This document shows, one piece after another, positions 1 through 10,891 of a DNA stretch of 64,000 bases. The DNA lies in the NCBI GenBank assembly GCA_034089285.1, contig JAXDUM010000076.1:27996-91995 (forward strand), given 5' to 3'. The notes beneath the pieces were generated by a model. The model ran no database searches. It was not told the origin of the DNA and worked only from the letters and a program-made list of their open reading frames with translations. The DNA is from Candidatus Cryptobacteroides sp. (lineage in GTDB: Bacteria > Bacteroidota > Bacteroidia > Bacteroidales > UBA932). Made by a program: the position numbers and the translations under genes. The first letter of the stretch is position 1. Each line of letters opens with the position of its first letter.

Positions 1-298
1 AAATTTTCCTCTCCGGTCTCAACTCAGTAGGCACCTGGAAGTTAGCTCCGCCGACCCTGCGGCTCTTCACCTCGACCTGCGGGGTGACATTCTCGAGAGC
101 TTTCCTCCAAATATCCAGAGGAGCCTTGTCAGAATCTTTCATCTTCTCGCCTACCATGTCAATGGCATCGTAAAAAATAGAATACGCGATACTCTTCTTC
201 CCCTGCAGCATAAGGTTATTCACGAAACGGGTTACATTCGCATCGTGAAACTTAGGATCAGGAAGTAGAATCCTCTTTCTAGGCTTCGATTTTCTCAT
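1..298 (-). CDS. rpsG: 30S ribosomal protein S7 (5' part; runs off the window start)
   Basis: Minus strand reads [36 protein letters not shown]..., with the [16 protein letters not shown] motif; lies directly downstream of rpsL. Confidence 0.96.
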   Translation of the reverse strand, partial: MRKSKPRKRILLPDPKFHDANVTRFVNNLMLQGKKSIAYSIFYDAIDMVGEKMKDSDKAPLDIWRKALENVTPQVEVKSRRVGGANFQVPTELRPERKI

Positions 299-333
299 TG
301 TTGTGAAAAATTAAAGTGAAAAATGGTAAAAAA

Positions 334-717
334 TTACTTCTTAGATTTCTTCGGCCTCTTGGCACCGTAGAGGGAGCGGGACTGAGTCCTGCCTTCTACG
401 CCAGCGGTATCCAAAGCTCCTCTAAGGATGTGGTAACGTACACCAGGGAGGTCCTTCACACGACCGCCTCTAACGAGCACGATTGAGTGCTCCTGGAGGT
501 TGTGACCCTCGCCCGGGATGTATGCGTTGACCTCTTTTGCGTTTGTGAGACGTACACGGGCAACCTTACGCATCGCTGAGTTAGGTTTCTTAGGTGTAGT
601 CGTGTAAACACGAACACAAACGCCTCTTTTCTGAGGGCAAGCATCCAGCGCACGAGATTTGCTCTTCACAGCAATAACCTCGCGTCCTTTGCGAACTAAT
701 TGTTGAATTGTTGGCAT
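334..717 (-). CDS. rpsL: 30S ribosomal protein S12
   Basis: [12 protein letters not shown]...[13 protein letters not shown]...[11 protein letters not shown], the canonical S12 sequence. Confidence 0.99.
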   Translation of the reverse strand: MPTIQQLVRKGREVIAVKSKSRALDACPQKRGVCVRVYTTTPKKPNSAMRKVARVRLTNAKEVNAYIPGEGHNLQEHSIVLVRGGRVKDLPGVRYHILRGALDTAGVEGRTQSRSLYGAKRPKKSKK

Positions 718-768
718 AAATGATTGTAAATCTTTAATTTATGTTCTTCCCCACTTTTTGGGGGACTG

Positions 769-776
769 CAAATTTA
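769..776 (-). promoter_or_regulatory. Bacteroidota housekeeping-sigma -7 element (TAAATTTG) for the rpsL operon
   Basis: Matches TAnnTTTG on the minus strand about 50 bp upstream of the rpsL start. Confidence 0.65.
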
Positions 777-867
777 ATCATTATTTTTGAAATGACAATA
801 AAAAACCAAGTATTTGAAGATTAAGCGTTTTGAAAAACCGCAGGTAATCCTTTGTCGGGGAGATTGA

Positions 868-908
868 GAAAAGCAAAGGAGGAAAGCCGGGAACCCGGCC
901 TTCCTCCT
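868..908 (-). terminator. Intrinsic terminator
   Basis: Minus strand AGGAGGAAGGCCGGG-TT-CCCGGCTTTCCTCCT followed by TTGCTTTT; the G-T wobble favours the minus strand. Confidence 0.8.
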
Positions 909-1018
909 GTAGACTCGCATCACCGTCCGTTCGCGGGATTCCCATCCAGCTGAGGGACGTGATACATTAACACTACTAACTAACCATTATAATAACCAAC
1001 CAATAATATTATTCACTT
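868..1018 (-). ncRNA. Candidate sigma54-dependent small RNA (~150 nt)
   Basis: Bracketed by a sigma54-like -24/-12 motif (1029-1044) and an intrinsic terminator (868-908); G/U-rich unstructured 5' part, internal stem at about 919-963, no ORF. Confidence 0.6.
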
Positions 1019-1028
1019 CCAAGGCTAA

Positions 1029-1044
1029 TGCATAAGTTGTGCCA
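1029..1044 (-). promoter_or_regulatory. sigma54 (RpoN)-type promoter
   Basis: Minus strand TGGCAC-AACTT-ATGCA has the exact GG-N10-GC spacing of the TGGCAC-N5-TTGC consensus, with one mismatch. Confidence 0.6.
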
Positions 1045-1237
1045 AACTTGAAAAAAACCGGCAAAAAACATCATCAGCCCGTAAAACTGCATAATATTAT
1101 CAGTCTAGAGCAAATTTACGCTATTTTTATGCAATCTGCAAGGATTTCTGCTTCCCGCTGCGTAAACACGCCCGAGCTTCCGCCACGACTATATGCGGGC
1201 ATGTCCCGGCCACATGCGGTGTCCATTGCCGGAACAC

Positions 1238-1888
1238 TCAACAGAACAATTCCCGGAGCACGGCCAGGGAACGGATGTTTATGGTGGATTCGGTGTGGAA
1301 TTCGAGGTAGCGTATCAGGGCCGAGGCCAGTTCGTTGCGGATCTCGCCGGAGAGAGGAATAAGCATTGATTCGGCAGGATTGGAGCGGATGAATGCCTCT
1401 ACAAGTCCCTGATATTCACCGCTGAACGGGATAATGTCATTGGCCTGGGGACTGAAGCCGAGGGCTACGGCAAGCTCCAGCAGAAAGCGGATGTGGAAGT
1501 TGCTGAAATCACTCTCCAATGCATCCAGAGTCAGAATCTGACGCCGGAGCCAGTCATAGAGCCCGTCTTCCGGATTGCCGGTTCTGACGGTACGGTATAT
1601 GACCTCCGCCATGAAAAGGGAGATCGTATTCTTATATATATTGTCCCGGATGGAGTTCAGGGGGACTTCCGCCGAGATTGCCCTGGCGTACCAGAGGTCT
1701 GACTTTGGATTCTCAGTGACTGAGATTTCCAGGATGTTAAGCGGAAGAAAATATGACATTCCCGTATTCCTGCCTATGCGGACAAGGTATGACTTGCGGC
1801 CATAAGTTTCGGAAATCGTGTGGAGCACGATCGAATTCTCCTTCACCCTGGTGGTGTTCAGGACTATGACCCGGTCGTCAAAAGTCAT
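1238..1888 (-). CDS. recO: DNA repair protein RecO
   Basis: N-terminal OB-fold-like IVLNTTRVKENSIVLHTISETYGRKSY; LLELAVALGFSP and C-terminal IRSLAVLRELF are typical of Bacteroidota RecO. Confidence 0.85.
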   Translation of the reverse strand: MTFDDRVIVLNTTRVKENSIVLHTISETYGRKSYLVRIGRNTGMSYFLPLNILEISVTENPKSDLWYARAISAEVPLNSIRDNIYKNTISLFMAEVIYRTVRTGNPEDGLYDWLRRQILTLDALESDFSNFHIRFLLELAVALGFSPQANDIIPFSGEYQGLVEAFIRSNPAESMLIPLSGEIRNELASALIRYLEFHTESTINIRSLAVLRELFC

Positions 1889-1903
1889 TGTGATGCAAGA
1901 GGA

Positions 1904-2542
1904 TCAGGCTGATTGGGAATTGAGGAACTCCGCCATTGCCCTGAGGGCCTTGCCGCGGTGCGAGATGGCATTCTTGGTCTCTTCGTCCAGTTCGGCCACC
2001 GTCCTGTCAGGATACTCGTCGGCAATGAAAACCGGATCGTAGCCGAAACCGCCCTCGCCTGCCCTGGACCTGGCTATGCGGCCCTCGAGAACACCCTCGA
2101 AGAAATGCTTCTCTCCCCCGAGAATCAATGTGACCACTGTCTTGAATCTGGCCCTGCGGGTAGCGTGGACAGTGTCAATGCCGAAAGTTCTGGCAAATGA
2201 GGCCTCGGTCTCCTGGATGTCCATCTCCCTGAGGAGCTTGTCAATATTGTCCGAGGAATTCTTTGAGGAACCGGCATACCGCGCCGAATAGACGCCCGGA
2301 GCGCCGCCGAGAATATCGACCTCAAGTCCGGTGTCATCGGCAAAACAATCAGCACCGCCGGTGTGGTCGTAAATGTACTGTGCTTTCTGCAATGAATTGG
2401 CGCGGAGAGTGGCGCCTGATTCCGGGATGTCCCCGGAGATTCCTGACTGTGCGGGGGTAACGAGCTCAAATGCCCCGCCGAGAATTTCTGATGCTTCACG
2501 CAGTTTTCCGCTATTGCCCGTTGCAAAGACGATTCTTTTCAT
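1904..2542 (-). CDS. rdgB: Non-canonical purine NTP pyrophosphatase (RdgB/HAM1 family)
   Basis: FATGNSGK, ADDTGLEV, GAPGVYSARYAG, GFGYDPVF and SHRGKA motifs; start placed at MKRIVF. Confidence 0.93.
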   Translation of the reverse strand: MKRIVFATGNSGKLREASEILGGAFELVTPAQSGISGDIPESGATLRANSLQKAQYIYDHTGGADCFADDTGLEVDILGGAPGVYSARYAGSSKNSSDNIDKLLREMDIQETEASFARTFGIDTVHATRRARFKTVVTLILGGEKHFFEGVLEGRIARSRAGEGGFGYDPVFIADEYPDRTVAELDEETKNAISHRGKALRAMAEFLNSQSA

Positions 2543-2694
2543 ACTGCTTGTATTTATTCTGTTTTCCGCCGCAAAGTTACCTATTTCGGGGATATTGTGC
2601 AAGTTTTTCATTTTTATGCCCGAAAGGTCAGGAAATAAAACTATATTTGTAAAATGCGCCGGAAAACCATACAAATCGAAAAATGACCTGCCTT

Positions 2695-4317
2695 ATGAGA
2701 CATTATTCCTCTATCATCATTGCCCTGGCGGCAATACTGGCCTCATCCTGCTGCGAAAGGCCACAGGGAGTCAAGCCTCCTCTTATGGGATGGAGCTCCT
2801 GGAACGCATACATGGTGGACATCTCGGACTCCATCATCACACACCAGGCCGACCTTATGGTGGAAAAGGGACTGAAAGAGGCCGGCTACCGATACGTCAA
2901 CATTGACGACGGCTTCTTCGGCTACAGGGACGAGAGGGGATACATGGTGCCGCATCCGGAAAGGTTTCCGAAAGGACCTGAGGGAATGCGTGCGCTCGTC
3001 GACCACATCCACAGCCTCGGGCTCAAGGCCGGAATCTACTCCGATGCGGGCGACAATACCTGCGGCTCAAGCTACAATCACGACCTCAACGGCCTCGGTG
3101 CCGGTCTCTACGGCCACGATGTGGTGGATGCGGAGAGATATTTCAATGAATGGGACTTCGATTTCATAAAGCTGGACTATTGCGGCGGCCAGAACCTGAA
3201 GCTTGACCCGGAGGAGAGATACCGTGAAATCCGCAGGGTAATCGACAGCGTGGCCACCCGCCATATCCGCATCAATGTCTGCCGCTGGAACTTCCCGGGC
3301 ACCTGGGTGAACGGCATCGGGGACTCCTGGAGAATCTCCGCCGATATCAGACCGGTCTGGAAATCAATCAAATACATTGTCGGAAAGAATCTCTACCTCT
3401 CGGCCTACGCCGGAAACGGCAACTACAACGACATGGATATGCTGGCCGTCGGCTACAACATCAAGCCGTCCCCGTTCTGGGAGGAGGGACTAGGCCTGAG
3501 CTATACCGAGGAGGAGGCCCATTTCAGCATCTGGTGCATCATGAGCTCTCCGCTTCTGCTGGGCTGCGACATTGAATACATCCCGGAGGAGACAATGAAA
3601 ATCATCACCAACCCCGAGCTCATCGCCATCAACCAGGACAGGCTCGGCCTCCAGGCCCACGTAGTCCAGCACGTCGGTGAGACATACGTCTTCGCCAAGG
3701 ACATTCTCGAGAAATGGGGCAACACACGCGCCGTGGCTCTCTACAATCCTGCCGACACCTCCATGCGGTTCACATTGACCCCGGAGGAAATCGAGATGAC
3801 GGGTACTCTCACGGTCCGTGACCTTAACCTCAACGCCGACCTCGGAGAATGCTCCAGCATTGAGATGACCCTTCCTCCGCATTCGGCTAAAATATTGAAA
3901 GTCAGCGGAGAACGCATTGAACCGACATTGTACGAGGCAGAGTGGGGATATTGTCCCGACTTCACCGCAATCAAGGGAACCGGCGTGAAATATGTCCCTA
4001 TGGAGGGCACTTCAGGCAGGGCCGTGGCAATGAACCTCGGCGGCTCGGAAAGCAATTGCCTTGAGTGGAGGGATGTCCACAGCATTTCCGGCGGGGAATA
4101 TGAACTCTCTCTCACCATCCAGTACTGCGAGGAGGCAACGGGCCTGAGAATCAGCGTGAACGGGGAGGAGAAGGAGATTGTTTCCTGCGGACTTGCGAAG
4201 GACGGCTTCTATACCCTGAACACCCTTGCAGAACTCAACAAGGGAGAGAACTGCGTCAGAATCTGGAGCGAGACCCCGCTTCCTGCTGTCGATAAGCTCA
4301 ATATCACCAAAAAATAA
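2695..4317 (+). CDS. GH27 alpha-galactosidase-like lipoprotein with a C-terminal CBM35/CBM6-like domain
   Basis: PLMGWSSWN, NIDDGF, KLDYC, SWRIS.DI and NDMDML motifs; lipobox LASSC; C-terminal YEAE...LNKGENCVRI carbohydrate-binding-like module. Confidence 0.88.
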   Translation: MRHYSSIIIALAAILASSCCERPQGVKPPLMGWSSWNAYMVDISDSIITHQADLMVEKGLKEAGYRYVNIDDGFFGYRDERGYMVPHPERFPKGPEGMRALVDHIHSLGLKAGIYSDAGDNTCGSSYNHDLNGLGAGLYGHDVVDAERYFNEWDFDFIKLDYCGGQNLKLDPEERYREIRRVIDSVATRHIRINVCRWNFPGTWVNGIGDSWRISADIRPVWKSIKYIVGKNLYLSAYAGNGNYNDMDMLAVGYNIKPSPFWEEGLGLSYTEEEAHFSIWCIMSSPLLLGCDIEYIPEETMKIITNPELIAINQDRLGLQAHVVQHVGETYVFAKDILEKWGNTRAVALYNPADTSMRFTLTPEEIEMTGTLTVRDLNLNADLGECSSIEMTLPPHSAKILKVSGERIEPTLYEAEWGYCPDFTAIKGTGVKYVPMEGTSGRAVAMNLGGSESNCLEWRDVHSISGGEYELSLTIQYCEEATGLRISVNGEEKEIVSCGLAKDGFYTLNTLAELNKGENCVRIWSETPLPAVDKLNITKK

Positions 4318-4323
4318 ACATTC

Positions 4324-5385
4324 ATGAAAAAAATCATTATCCTTGCAGCCGCAGCATTGGCTATGGTTGCCTGCGCAGAAAAGAGCGCAAGATGGACTCC
4401 GGAGCAGGCGCAGGCCTGGTACGATGAGCAGGGCTGGCTCGTCGGATGCGACTACATCCCGGCTGACGCCATCAACCAGATCGAGATGTGGAGCGGCTCC
4501 ACCTACAACCACGACCTCATCGACAAGGAACTCGGATGGGCCGAGGACCTGGGTTTCAACACATTGAGAGTATATCTCAGCAGTGTTGTATATGAGAATG
4601 ACCCTCAGGGTCTCAAGGACAGGATGAGTGACTTCCTCGGAATCTGCGAGGCTCATTCCATCCGCCCTCTCTTCGTGTTCTTCGACGACTGCTGGAATGC
4701 CGAGTCAGAGTATGGCACACAGCCTGAGCCTAAGCCGGGCATCCACAACTCCGGCTGGGTAAGGGACCCTTCGGCTTCGCTCCGCGCAGACACCCTCGCG
4801 CTCTATCCGAAGCTTGAAAAATATGTCAAGGATGTGCTCAACACCTTTGCCAATGACAAGAGAATCCTCCTCTGGGACCTCTACAATGAGCCTGGCAACT
4901 CGAAGCAAGGAGACGCCAGCCTCCCTCTTCTGAAGAATGTATTCAAATGGGCGCAGGAAGTAAGGCCTTCACAGCCTCTCTCTGCAGGCGTCTGGAAGGA
5001 CAAACTCAAGACTCTCAATGAGTTCCAGCTTGCAAACTCAGACGTCACCACCTATCACAACTACAGCGGGGATGTTGAGGACCAGCAGAATGCCATCGAT
5101 ACACTCAAGGCTTACGGCAGACCTGTAATCTGCACGGAGTACATGGCCAGGACCAAGGGCTGCACCTTCCAGAAGGTTATGCCTATCCTCAAGGAGAACA
5201 ATGTAGCCGCCATCAACTGGGGCTTCGTTGCAGGCAAGACCAATACCATTTTCGCTTGGGATACTCCGCTTCCTGAGGCAGCAGAGCCGGAACTCTGGTT
5301 CCACGACATTTTCCGTCAGGACGGCACCGCTTTCAGCGATGAGGAAGTAGCTTTCATCAAGGAAATGACGGGAGCTGCGAAGTAG
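4324..5385 (+). CDS. GH5-like glycoside hydrolase lipoprotein (clan GH-A)
   Basis: Lipobox MVAC; LGFNTLRVYL; acid/base motif WDLYNEP; nucleophile motif ICTEY. Confidence 0.8.
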   Translation: MKKIIILAAAALAMVACAEKSARWTPEQAQAWYDEQGWLVGCDYIPADAINQIEMWSGSTYNHDLIDKELGWAEDLGFNTLRVYLSSVVYENDPQGLKDRMSDFLGICEAHSIRPLFVFFDDCWNAESEYGTQPEPKPGIHNSGWVRDPSASLRADTLALYPKLEKYVKDVLNTFANDKRILLWDLYNEPGNSKQGDASLPLLKNVFKWAQEVRPSQPLSAGVWKDKLKTLNEFQLANSDVTTYHNYSGDVEDQQNAIDTLKAYGRPVICTEYMARTKGCTFQKVMPILKENNVAAINWGFVAGKTNTIFAWDTPLPEAAEPELWFHDIFRQDGTAFSDEEVAFIKEMTGAAK

Positions 5386-5387
5386 AT

Positions 5388-6236
5388 TTATTGACGGCTG
5401 GCAAACATATTGGTCAGCGAGACGAATTCTTCAACGCCAAGGCGTTCAGGACGAAGGTCGAACACCGGGTCGGAGACAAAGGCCGCAAGCCTTTCCGCAT
5501 CCCAGCCTTCCCTGGACGCCTTGGAGGCTATAAGGGGCTTGAGGGAATTGCGCAATGTCTTCCTTCTCTGACCGAATGCGGTCTTGACAATGAACTTGAA
5601 ATCGGACGGGTCACAGCCAAGGTCCTGCCTGGCATTGCGTGTCAGGCGGATGACCGCGGACTGCACTTTCGGAGGCGGAGCGAAGGCCCCGGAGCCCACA
5701 GTGAACAGATATTCGATATCGTACCAGGCCTGGAGCAGGACGGACAGGATTCCGTAAGTCTTGCTGCCGGGCTTTTCCGCTATTCTCTCGGCCACTTCCT
5801 TCTGTATCATGCAGACCACCTGCGGAATCCTCCCGCGGCAATCCAGGATGCGGAAGAAGATCTGGGAGGAAATGTTGTAGGGGAAATTGCCGATGACATT
5901 GAACTGTCCCGGGAACAATGAGTCCAGGTCCATCTTCAGGAAGTCGCCGTAGATGACCCGGCCGTCAGCCTCGGGAAAATGCGAGAGGAGATAGGCAACT
6001 GATTCATTGTCAATCTCTATCATCTTGAGGTCGGCTTCAGGCTTGCGCAGGAGATACTGGGACAGCACCCCCATTCCGGGACCTATTTCCAGAGTCTGGG
6101 AGGGCCAGTCCTCCCCCTCGGAAATGTATTTCTCCCCGCAGCCCGGCAGGCGCAGGGAGGAGACTATCGACTCGGCAATCTTCAGATCGGTCAGAAAATG
6201 CTGACCGAGGGCTTTTTTGGCACGTACCTCCATCAT
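5388..6236 (-). CDS. rsmA: 16S rRNA m6(2)A1518/1519 dimethyltransferase
   Basis: AKKALGQHFL, LEIGPGMG, GNFPYNIS, QKEVAERI, PPPKVQSAV and FGQRRKTLRN motifs. Confidence 0.96.
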   Translation of the reverse strand: MMEVRAKKALGQHFLTDLKIAESIVSSLRLPGCGEKYISEGEDWPSQTLEIGPGMGVLSQYLLRKPEADLKMIEIDNESVAYLLSHFPEADGRVIYGDFLKMDLDSLFPGQFNVIGNFPYNISSQIFFRILDCRGRIPQVVCMIQKEVAERIAEKPGSKTYGILSVLLQAWYDIEYLFTVGSGAFAPPPKVQSAVIRLTRNARQDLGCDPSDFKFIVKTAFGQRRKTLRNSLKPLIASKASREGWDAERLAAFVSDPVFDLRPERLGVEEFVSLTNMFASRQ

Positions 6237-6267
6237 TGAACCATTATAATGTTGAAACACATCCGCA

Positions 6268-6324
6268 CAAAGGTAATAAAATTTAACGTATCTGTCCGAA
6301 GTTGGCTGGAAATTGCTAAATTTG
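6268..6324. promoter_or_regulatory. Divergent -7 promoter elements for rsmA (minus strand TACCTTTG, 6268-6275) and aspS (plus strand TAAATTTG, 6317-6324)
   Basis: Two TAnnTTTG matches in the short divergent intergenic region. Confidence 0.55.
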
Positions 6325-6386
6325 CGGGTTGTAACCGCCGGTTCAGGCGACGGTTGCAATCATTGATTGAAATAAACACCTAAGAT

Positions 6387-8165
6387 ATGTTCAACACATT
6401 TTTCAGAACAAACACCTGTGGAGAGCTCCGCATCTCTGATGTGGGCAGGAAGGTGGTTCTCGCCGGCTGGGTACAGAAATCCAGGAAACTCGGCGGAATG
6501 ACATTCATTGATCTCCGCGACCGCTACGGCATCACGCAGCTCGTTGTCGAGACCGACGCTCCGGAAGAACTCGTAAGCACCGCGACATCTCTCGGAAGGG
6601 AGTTCGTCATCCAGGTAGAGGGCGAGGTTGTGGAGCGCCAGAGCAAGAACCCGAAGATGGATACAGGCGACATTGAAATAAAGCTCAGCGCCATCAATGT
6701 CCTCAACAAGTCGGTAACCCCTCCGTTCACGATTGAGGACGAAAGCAACGGAGGCGAGGATATCCGTGCGAAATACAGATATCTGGATCTCAGGAGAAAT
6801 CCTCTCAAGAACGCTCTCATGCTCCGTCACAAGATTGCGCACGAAGTACGCAACTTCCTGGACAGCAAGGGATTCATGGAGATTGAGACTCCTTATCTCA
6901 TCAAGTCCACACCTGAGGGAGCCAGGGATTTCGTGGTGCCTTCAAGGATGAATCCGGGCGAGTTCTACGCCCTTCCGCAGTCCCCTCAGACATTCAAGCA
7001 GCTCCTGATGGTAGCCGGTTACGACAGGTATTTCCAGATTGTGAGATGCTTCCGCGACGAGGACCTCAGGGCCGACCGCCAGCCGGAGTTCACCCAGATT
7101 GACTGCGAAATGTCATTCGTGGAGCAGGAGGATGTGCTGGACACATTCGAGGAGATGATGAGAAACCTCTTCAAGAATGTTCTGGATGTGGAAATCGCAA
7201 ATCCGATTCCGAGAATGAAGTGGTGCGACGCAATGGACAAATACGGCAGCGACAAGCCGGATATCCGTTTCGGAATGACCATCCACGACATCACCTCACA
7301 GGCTCAGGGACACGGTTTCTCTGTATTCGATTCAGTGGAATATGTGGGAGCAATCTCTGTTCCGGGCGCTTCCGAGTACACCCGCAAGCAGATTGACGAG
7401 CTCACCGAATGGGTCAAGAGACCTCAGGTCGGGGCAAAGGGACTCGTATATATCAAATACAATGCTGACGGCAGCGTGAAGTCCTCAGTGGACAAGTTCT
7501 ACACTCCTGAGCAGGTAAAGGCAATGGCCGAGGCTGCCGGAGCTGTGGCCGGAGACCTCGTCCTGATTCTCTGCGGCGCCAGGAGGAAGACCCAGACAAT
7601 GCTGGGAGTGCTCCGTATCGAGATGGGCAACCGTCTCGGTCTCAGGAATCCGAAGGAGTTCGCCCCTCTCTGGATCGTGGACTTCCCTCTTCTCGAGTGG
7701 GATGACGAGACACAGCGTTTCTACGCCATGCACCATCCGTTCACCGCACCGAAGCCGGAGCAGCTCGAACTCTTCTATTCCGACAGGAAGGAGGATCTGG
7801 AGCAGGTTTGCGCCAATGCCTACGACTTCGTCCTCAACGGAACAGAGCTTGGCGGCGGTTCAATCCGTATCCACGAGGCCTCACTCCAGGAGAGGATGTT
7901 CGAGGTTCTCGGAATCAGCAAGGAGGATGCGGAGTACAAGTTTGGCTTCATCATCAATGCCTTCAAGTTCGGTGCACCGCCACACGGAGGTCTGGCATTC
8001 GGATTTGACCGTGTATGCGCCCTCTTCGGCGGATGCGATTCCATCAGGGACTACATCGCATTCCCTAAGAACAATCAGGGCCGCGACGTGATGATCGATT
8101 CTCCGTCAAGGATTGACCAGAGCCAGCTCGACGAGCTTTATCTGGACTTGCGCGAAGTGAAATAA
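6387..8165 (+). CDS. aspS: Aspartate--tRNA ligase
   Basis: [45 protein letters not shown] and GAPPHGG motifs. Confidence 0.98.
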   Translation: MFNTFFRTNTCGELRISDVGRKVVLAGWVQKSRKLGGMTFIDLRDRYGITQLVVETDAPEELVSTATSLGREFVIQVEGEVVERQSKNPKMDTGDIEIKLSAINVLNKSVTPPFTIEDESNGGEDIRAKYRYLDLRRNPLKNALMLRHKIAHEVRNFLDSKGFMEIETPYLIKSTPEGARDFVVPSRMNPGEFYALPQSPQTFKQLLMVAGYDRYFQIVRCFRDEDLRADRQPEFTQIDCEMSFVEQEDVLDTFEEMMRNLFKNVLDVEIANPIPRMKWCDAMDKYGSDKPDIRFGMTIHDITSQAQGHGFSVFDSVEYVGAISVPGASEYTRKQIDELTEWVKRPQVGAKGLVYIKYNADGSVKSSVDKFYTPEQVKAMAEAAGAVAGDLVLILCGARRKTQTMLGVLRIEMGNRLGLRNPKEFAPLWIVDFPLLEWDDETQRFYAMHHPFTAPKPEQLELFYSDRKEDLEQVCANAYDFVLNGTELGGGSIRIHEASLQERMFEVLGISKEDAEYKFGFIINAFKFGAPPHGGLAFGFDRVCALFGGCDSIRDYIAFPKNNQGRDVMIDSPSRIDQSQLDELYLDLREVK

Positions 8166-10720
8166 GCCAATCCGGCCGAGGCGAGGAGAAGGAGCAGGAG
8201 AAGGGCCGAGGATGCCATCGAGATATTCGAGCTGAGGGAATATGACCTTGGCTCGAATCTCATTTTTATATCGTGGCTGCCGGCAGGGAGGACTGCCGAG
8301 CGCAATGTCCAGTCGGCACGCCAGATTTCAGGGCCGATTTCCTGACCGTCAATGGTCATTTTCCAGTCGGAAGGGTAGAAGATTTCGCTGAATACTGCAA
8401 GTCTGTCCGAAGATGCTTCATAATGGTAATGAAGCTCGTTCGGGGCGTAGGATGTCATGTAGATTACATCATTCTGAATATCAATGGATTCCGGATTCCT
8501 TGCCGGTATCCCTGCCTCATCGGCGCCCGAGCCGGGGCCGAATACCGCAGTGGTGGAAAGGTCAATGTCGTCCAGAAGGCCTATCTCCTCCTCTGCGGAA
8601 GCGGCGAAGACGGCATTGTCCACGAACCAGGCCTGTCCCATCGCCTGAGGATTCATGATCGGGGCGGAGTCCCCGCCGAGGATAATGTACTTGGTGTTCA
8701 GCATTGACATTACCGGAAGGGAAGGAAAATCCTCCATCAGCGCAGTCATTGTGCCGGCAGAATTGATTTTCTTTATCAGGGTGTTGATCTCACCTCCCAG
8801 ATGACGGTCAATGAGGTCCTGATAGCGTTGGAGCTTGACCGGGCTGTAGCCGCCGATGTTCCTGTGCCAGTAGCTCGGGTGCGAGTCGTTGAATATGTTC
8901 ACGGAAAGGTCCACGGTACGGTAGCCCAGCTCCGGATCCTCCAGGATCATCTTGTCCACAGGCCTCTGGGCGAACTGCCCATTGAACTCGCGCGGACGGA
9001 CGAAATGGTCAGCATTGAGATATCTCTTGCCGACGGTGAACATATTGAGAGACAGTACAATGCATATTGAAATAGCGGCAATGCGGGAGCGGCTGGCCGC
9101 CTTTGCGTCGTCGCTGGACTTCGGCTTGGAACAGGCCCATAATATCAGGAACCAGGTGATGAGCACCATTATCATTGACATAAGGGCGTCATTCGAGAGA
9201 AGCATACGCCTGTCTTCGCGGAGGGCATTGACAAGCTCTCCAGGCATCTGGCTGTCCGAGGATGAGGCGAAATCGCCGGCAATGCCGGGGAAAATGACGA
9301 GGAGCAGGCAGAATCCGGCTGTGAGAGCCAGGGCAATATAGCCCGGAATGCGGAACTGCTCTGCGGTGTACTTCCCTTTCAGGATGCGGTCAAGGGCATA
9401 GAAACCGAGCATCGGCAGAGTGAACTGGAGGATGACCAATGCCATTGACACCGTCCTGAACTTGCTGTAGAACGGCATATTGCAGTACCAGAACTCGGTG
9501 AATGGCATGAAATGCCGGCCGACTCCGAGGAATACGGCTATGAGGGTTGCGGCGAGGAGCCACCATCTCTGCATTCCCCTGCAAAGGAAGAGGCCGAGCA
9601 GGAAGAGGAAGACCGTGACGGCTCCCATATACATCGGCCCGGCAGTGAACGGCTGAGGGCCCCAGTACATCGGGAGGGACTTGGCAACGTCCTTGAGATT
9701 GCCCTGGCCGTATTGCCTTAAAGTATTGATTGTATGCGACTTGTCCGGATTGACACTGCCCGAGGAGGAGCCTCCGTTATAGTTCGGAATCATCAGGTTA
9801 GGTAGCTCTTCCCAGCCGTAGGACCAGGCAGTGGCATAGTCGAGGTCCAGGCCTTTGGTCTTCTTGTCTCCGTCAGCCACGTCAGCCGAGAGCTCGGAAC
9901 CGCCGCGCATGGTATGCCTGGAATATTCGTATGTCGGTATGAGCTTGTTGGCATTGGACCCGATTCCGGCCAGTCCGAGGAAGAGCAGGAGGAATGAGGC
10001 TGCGAAGAAGCGGCCTATGGTCTTCCGGCGTTCCGCATCGATGATGAGCCAGATGAAAAGTCCTATGACATAGCAGAATATGATGATTGCGAGGTAATAT
10101 GTGATCTGGATGTGATTGGCCTTGATCTGGAAGTTGACGGCCATTCCGAAGAGGGCTGCGCCGAGGGTGGTGAGGCTGAGCCAGGTCTTCCAGCCGGCAT
10201 CCTTCTTCAATGCTGACTTATACGTGAATATGAGGGCTGCGAGGGCCCATGGCAGCCAGGCGAGGGCCATCATCTTGGTATTGTGGCCGACCTGGATTAT
10301 CTGGAGGTTGTATGAGCAGAAGGTCACGGCGATGGCTCCGCCTATGGCCAGAATCCAGTTGACGCCGAGGCTGAGCATCAGCAGGAAGGCTCCGACGAGG
10401 GAAATGAAGAGGTAGGATGCCGGGCGCTTTCCGAAGAGGAAGGCATTGTAGATTTTCTGGGTGAGATCGCCTTTGGAATTGCCCGTAATCATTGTCGTAG
10501 GCATTCCCCCGAACATGGAGTTGGTCCAGGCCGTCTTGTCGTCCGGATGCTCCCTGTCCCAGGAAATGGCTTCCTGCGCCATGCCGACATATCCGGATAT
10601 ATCGCTCTGATTCACGATTTTACCGCCAAGCACCTGCGGCACGAAGCCGTATGCCACCACAAGGAAAAACATCACTGCGCCCGCATATTTCAGGACTGAT
10701 TTCCAAAGCCTCATTTTCAT
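8138..10720 (-). CDS. YfhO-family (GT-C-like) multi-pass membrane protein
   Basis: Many TM segments; [23 protein letters not shown] and [16 protein letters not shown] motifs; C-terminal FSEIFYP..W and [12 protein letters not shown]. Confidence 0.82.
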   Translation of the reverse strand: MKMRLWKSVLKYAGAVMFFLVVAYGFVPQVLGGKIVNQSDISGYVGMAQEAISWDREHPDDKTAWTNSMFGGMPTTMITGNSKGDLTQKIYNAFLFGKRPASYLFISLVGAFLLMLSLGVNWILAIGGAIAVTFCSYNLQIIQVGHNTKMMALAWLPWALAALIFTYKSALKKDAGWKTWLSLTTLGAALFGMAVNFQIKANHIQITYYLAIIIFCYVIGLFIWLIIDAERRKTIGRFFAASFLLLFLGLAGIGSNANKLIPTYEYSRHTMRGGSELSADVADGDKKTKGLDLDYATAWSYGWEELPNLMIPNYNGGSSSGSVNPDKSHTINTLRQYGQGNLKDVAKSLPMYWGPQPFTAGPMYMGAVTVFLFLLGLFLCRGMQRWWLLAATLIAVFLGVGRHFMPFTEFWYCNMPFYSKFRTVSMALVILQFTLPMLGFYALDRILKGKYTAEQFRIPGYIALALTAGFCLLLVIFPGIAGDFASSSDSQMPGELVNALREDRRMLLSNDALMSMIMVLITWFLILWACSKPKSSDDAKAASRSRIAAISICIVLSLNMFTVGKRYLNADHFVRPREFNGQFAQRPVDKMILEDPELGYRTVDLSVNIFNDSHPSYWHRNIGGYSPVKLQRYQDLIDRHLGGEINTLIKKINSAGTMTALMEDFPSLPVMSMLNTKYIILGGDSAPIMNPQAMGQAWFVDNAVFAASAEEEIGLLDDIDLSTTAVFGPGSGADEAGIPARNPESIDIQNDVIYMTSYAPNELHYHYEASSDRLAVFSEIFYPSDWKMTIDGQEIGPEIWRADWTLRSAVLPAGSHDIKMRFEPRSYSLSSNISMASSALLLLLLLASAGLAYFTSRKSR

Positions 10721-10891
10721 TTCAGTTTCGTCGTTACAAATTATCGCAGTGCAAATATCGCAATAAAATGTCACCCTCCGAACAATCCTGCCGGTTTTTC
10801 GACAGTTTTGTCCGAGTTTCGTCCAGGTTTCGTCCGGAATCAGCCGCAATGACGGACAGTGAGTTCAGCGCACGTTTGTCTGAAGTCGTGT

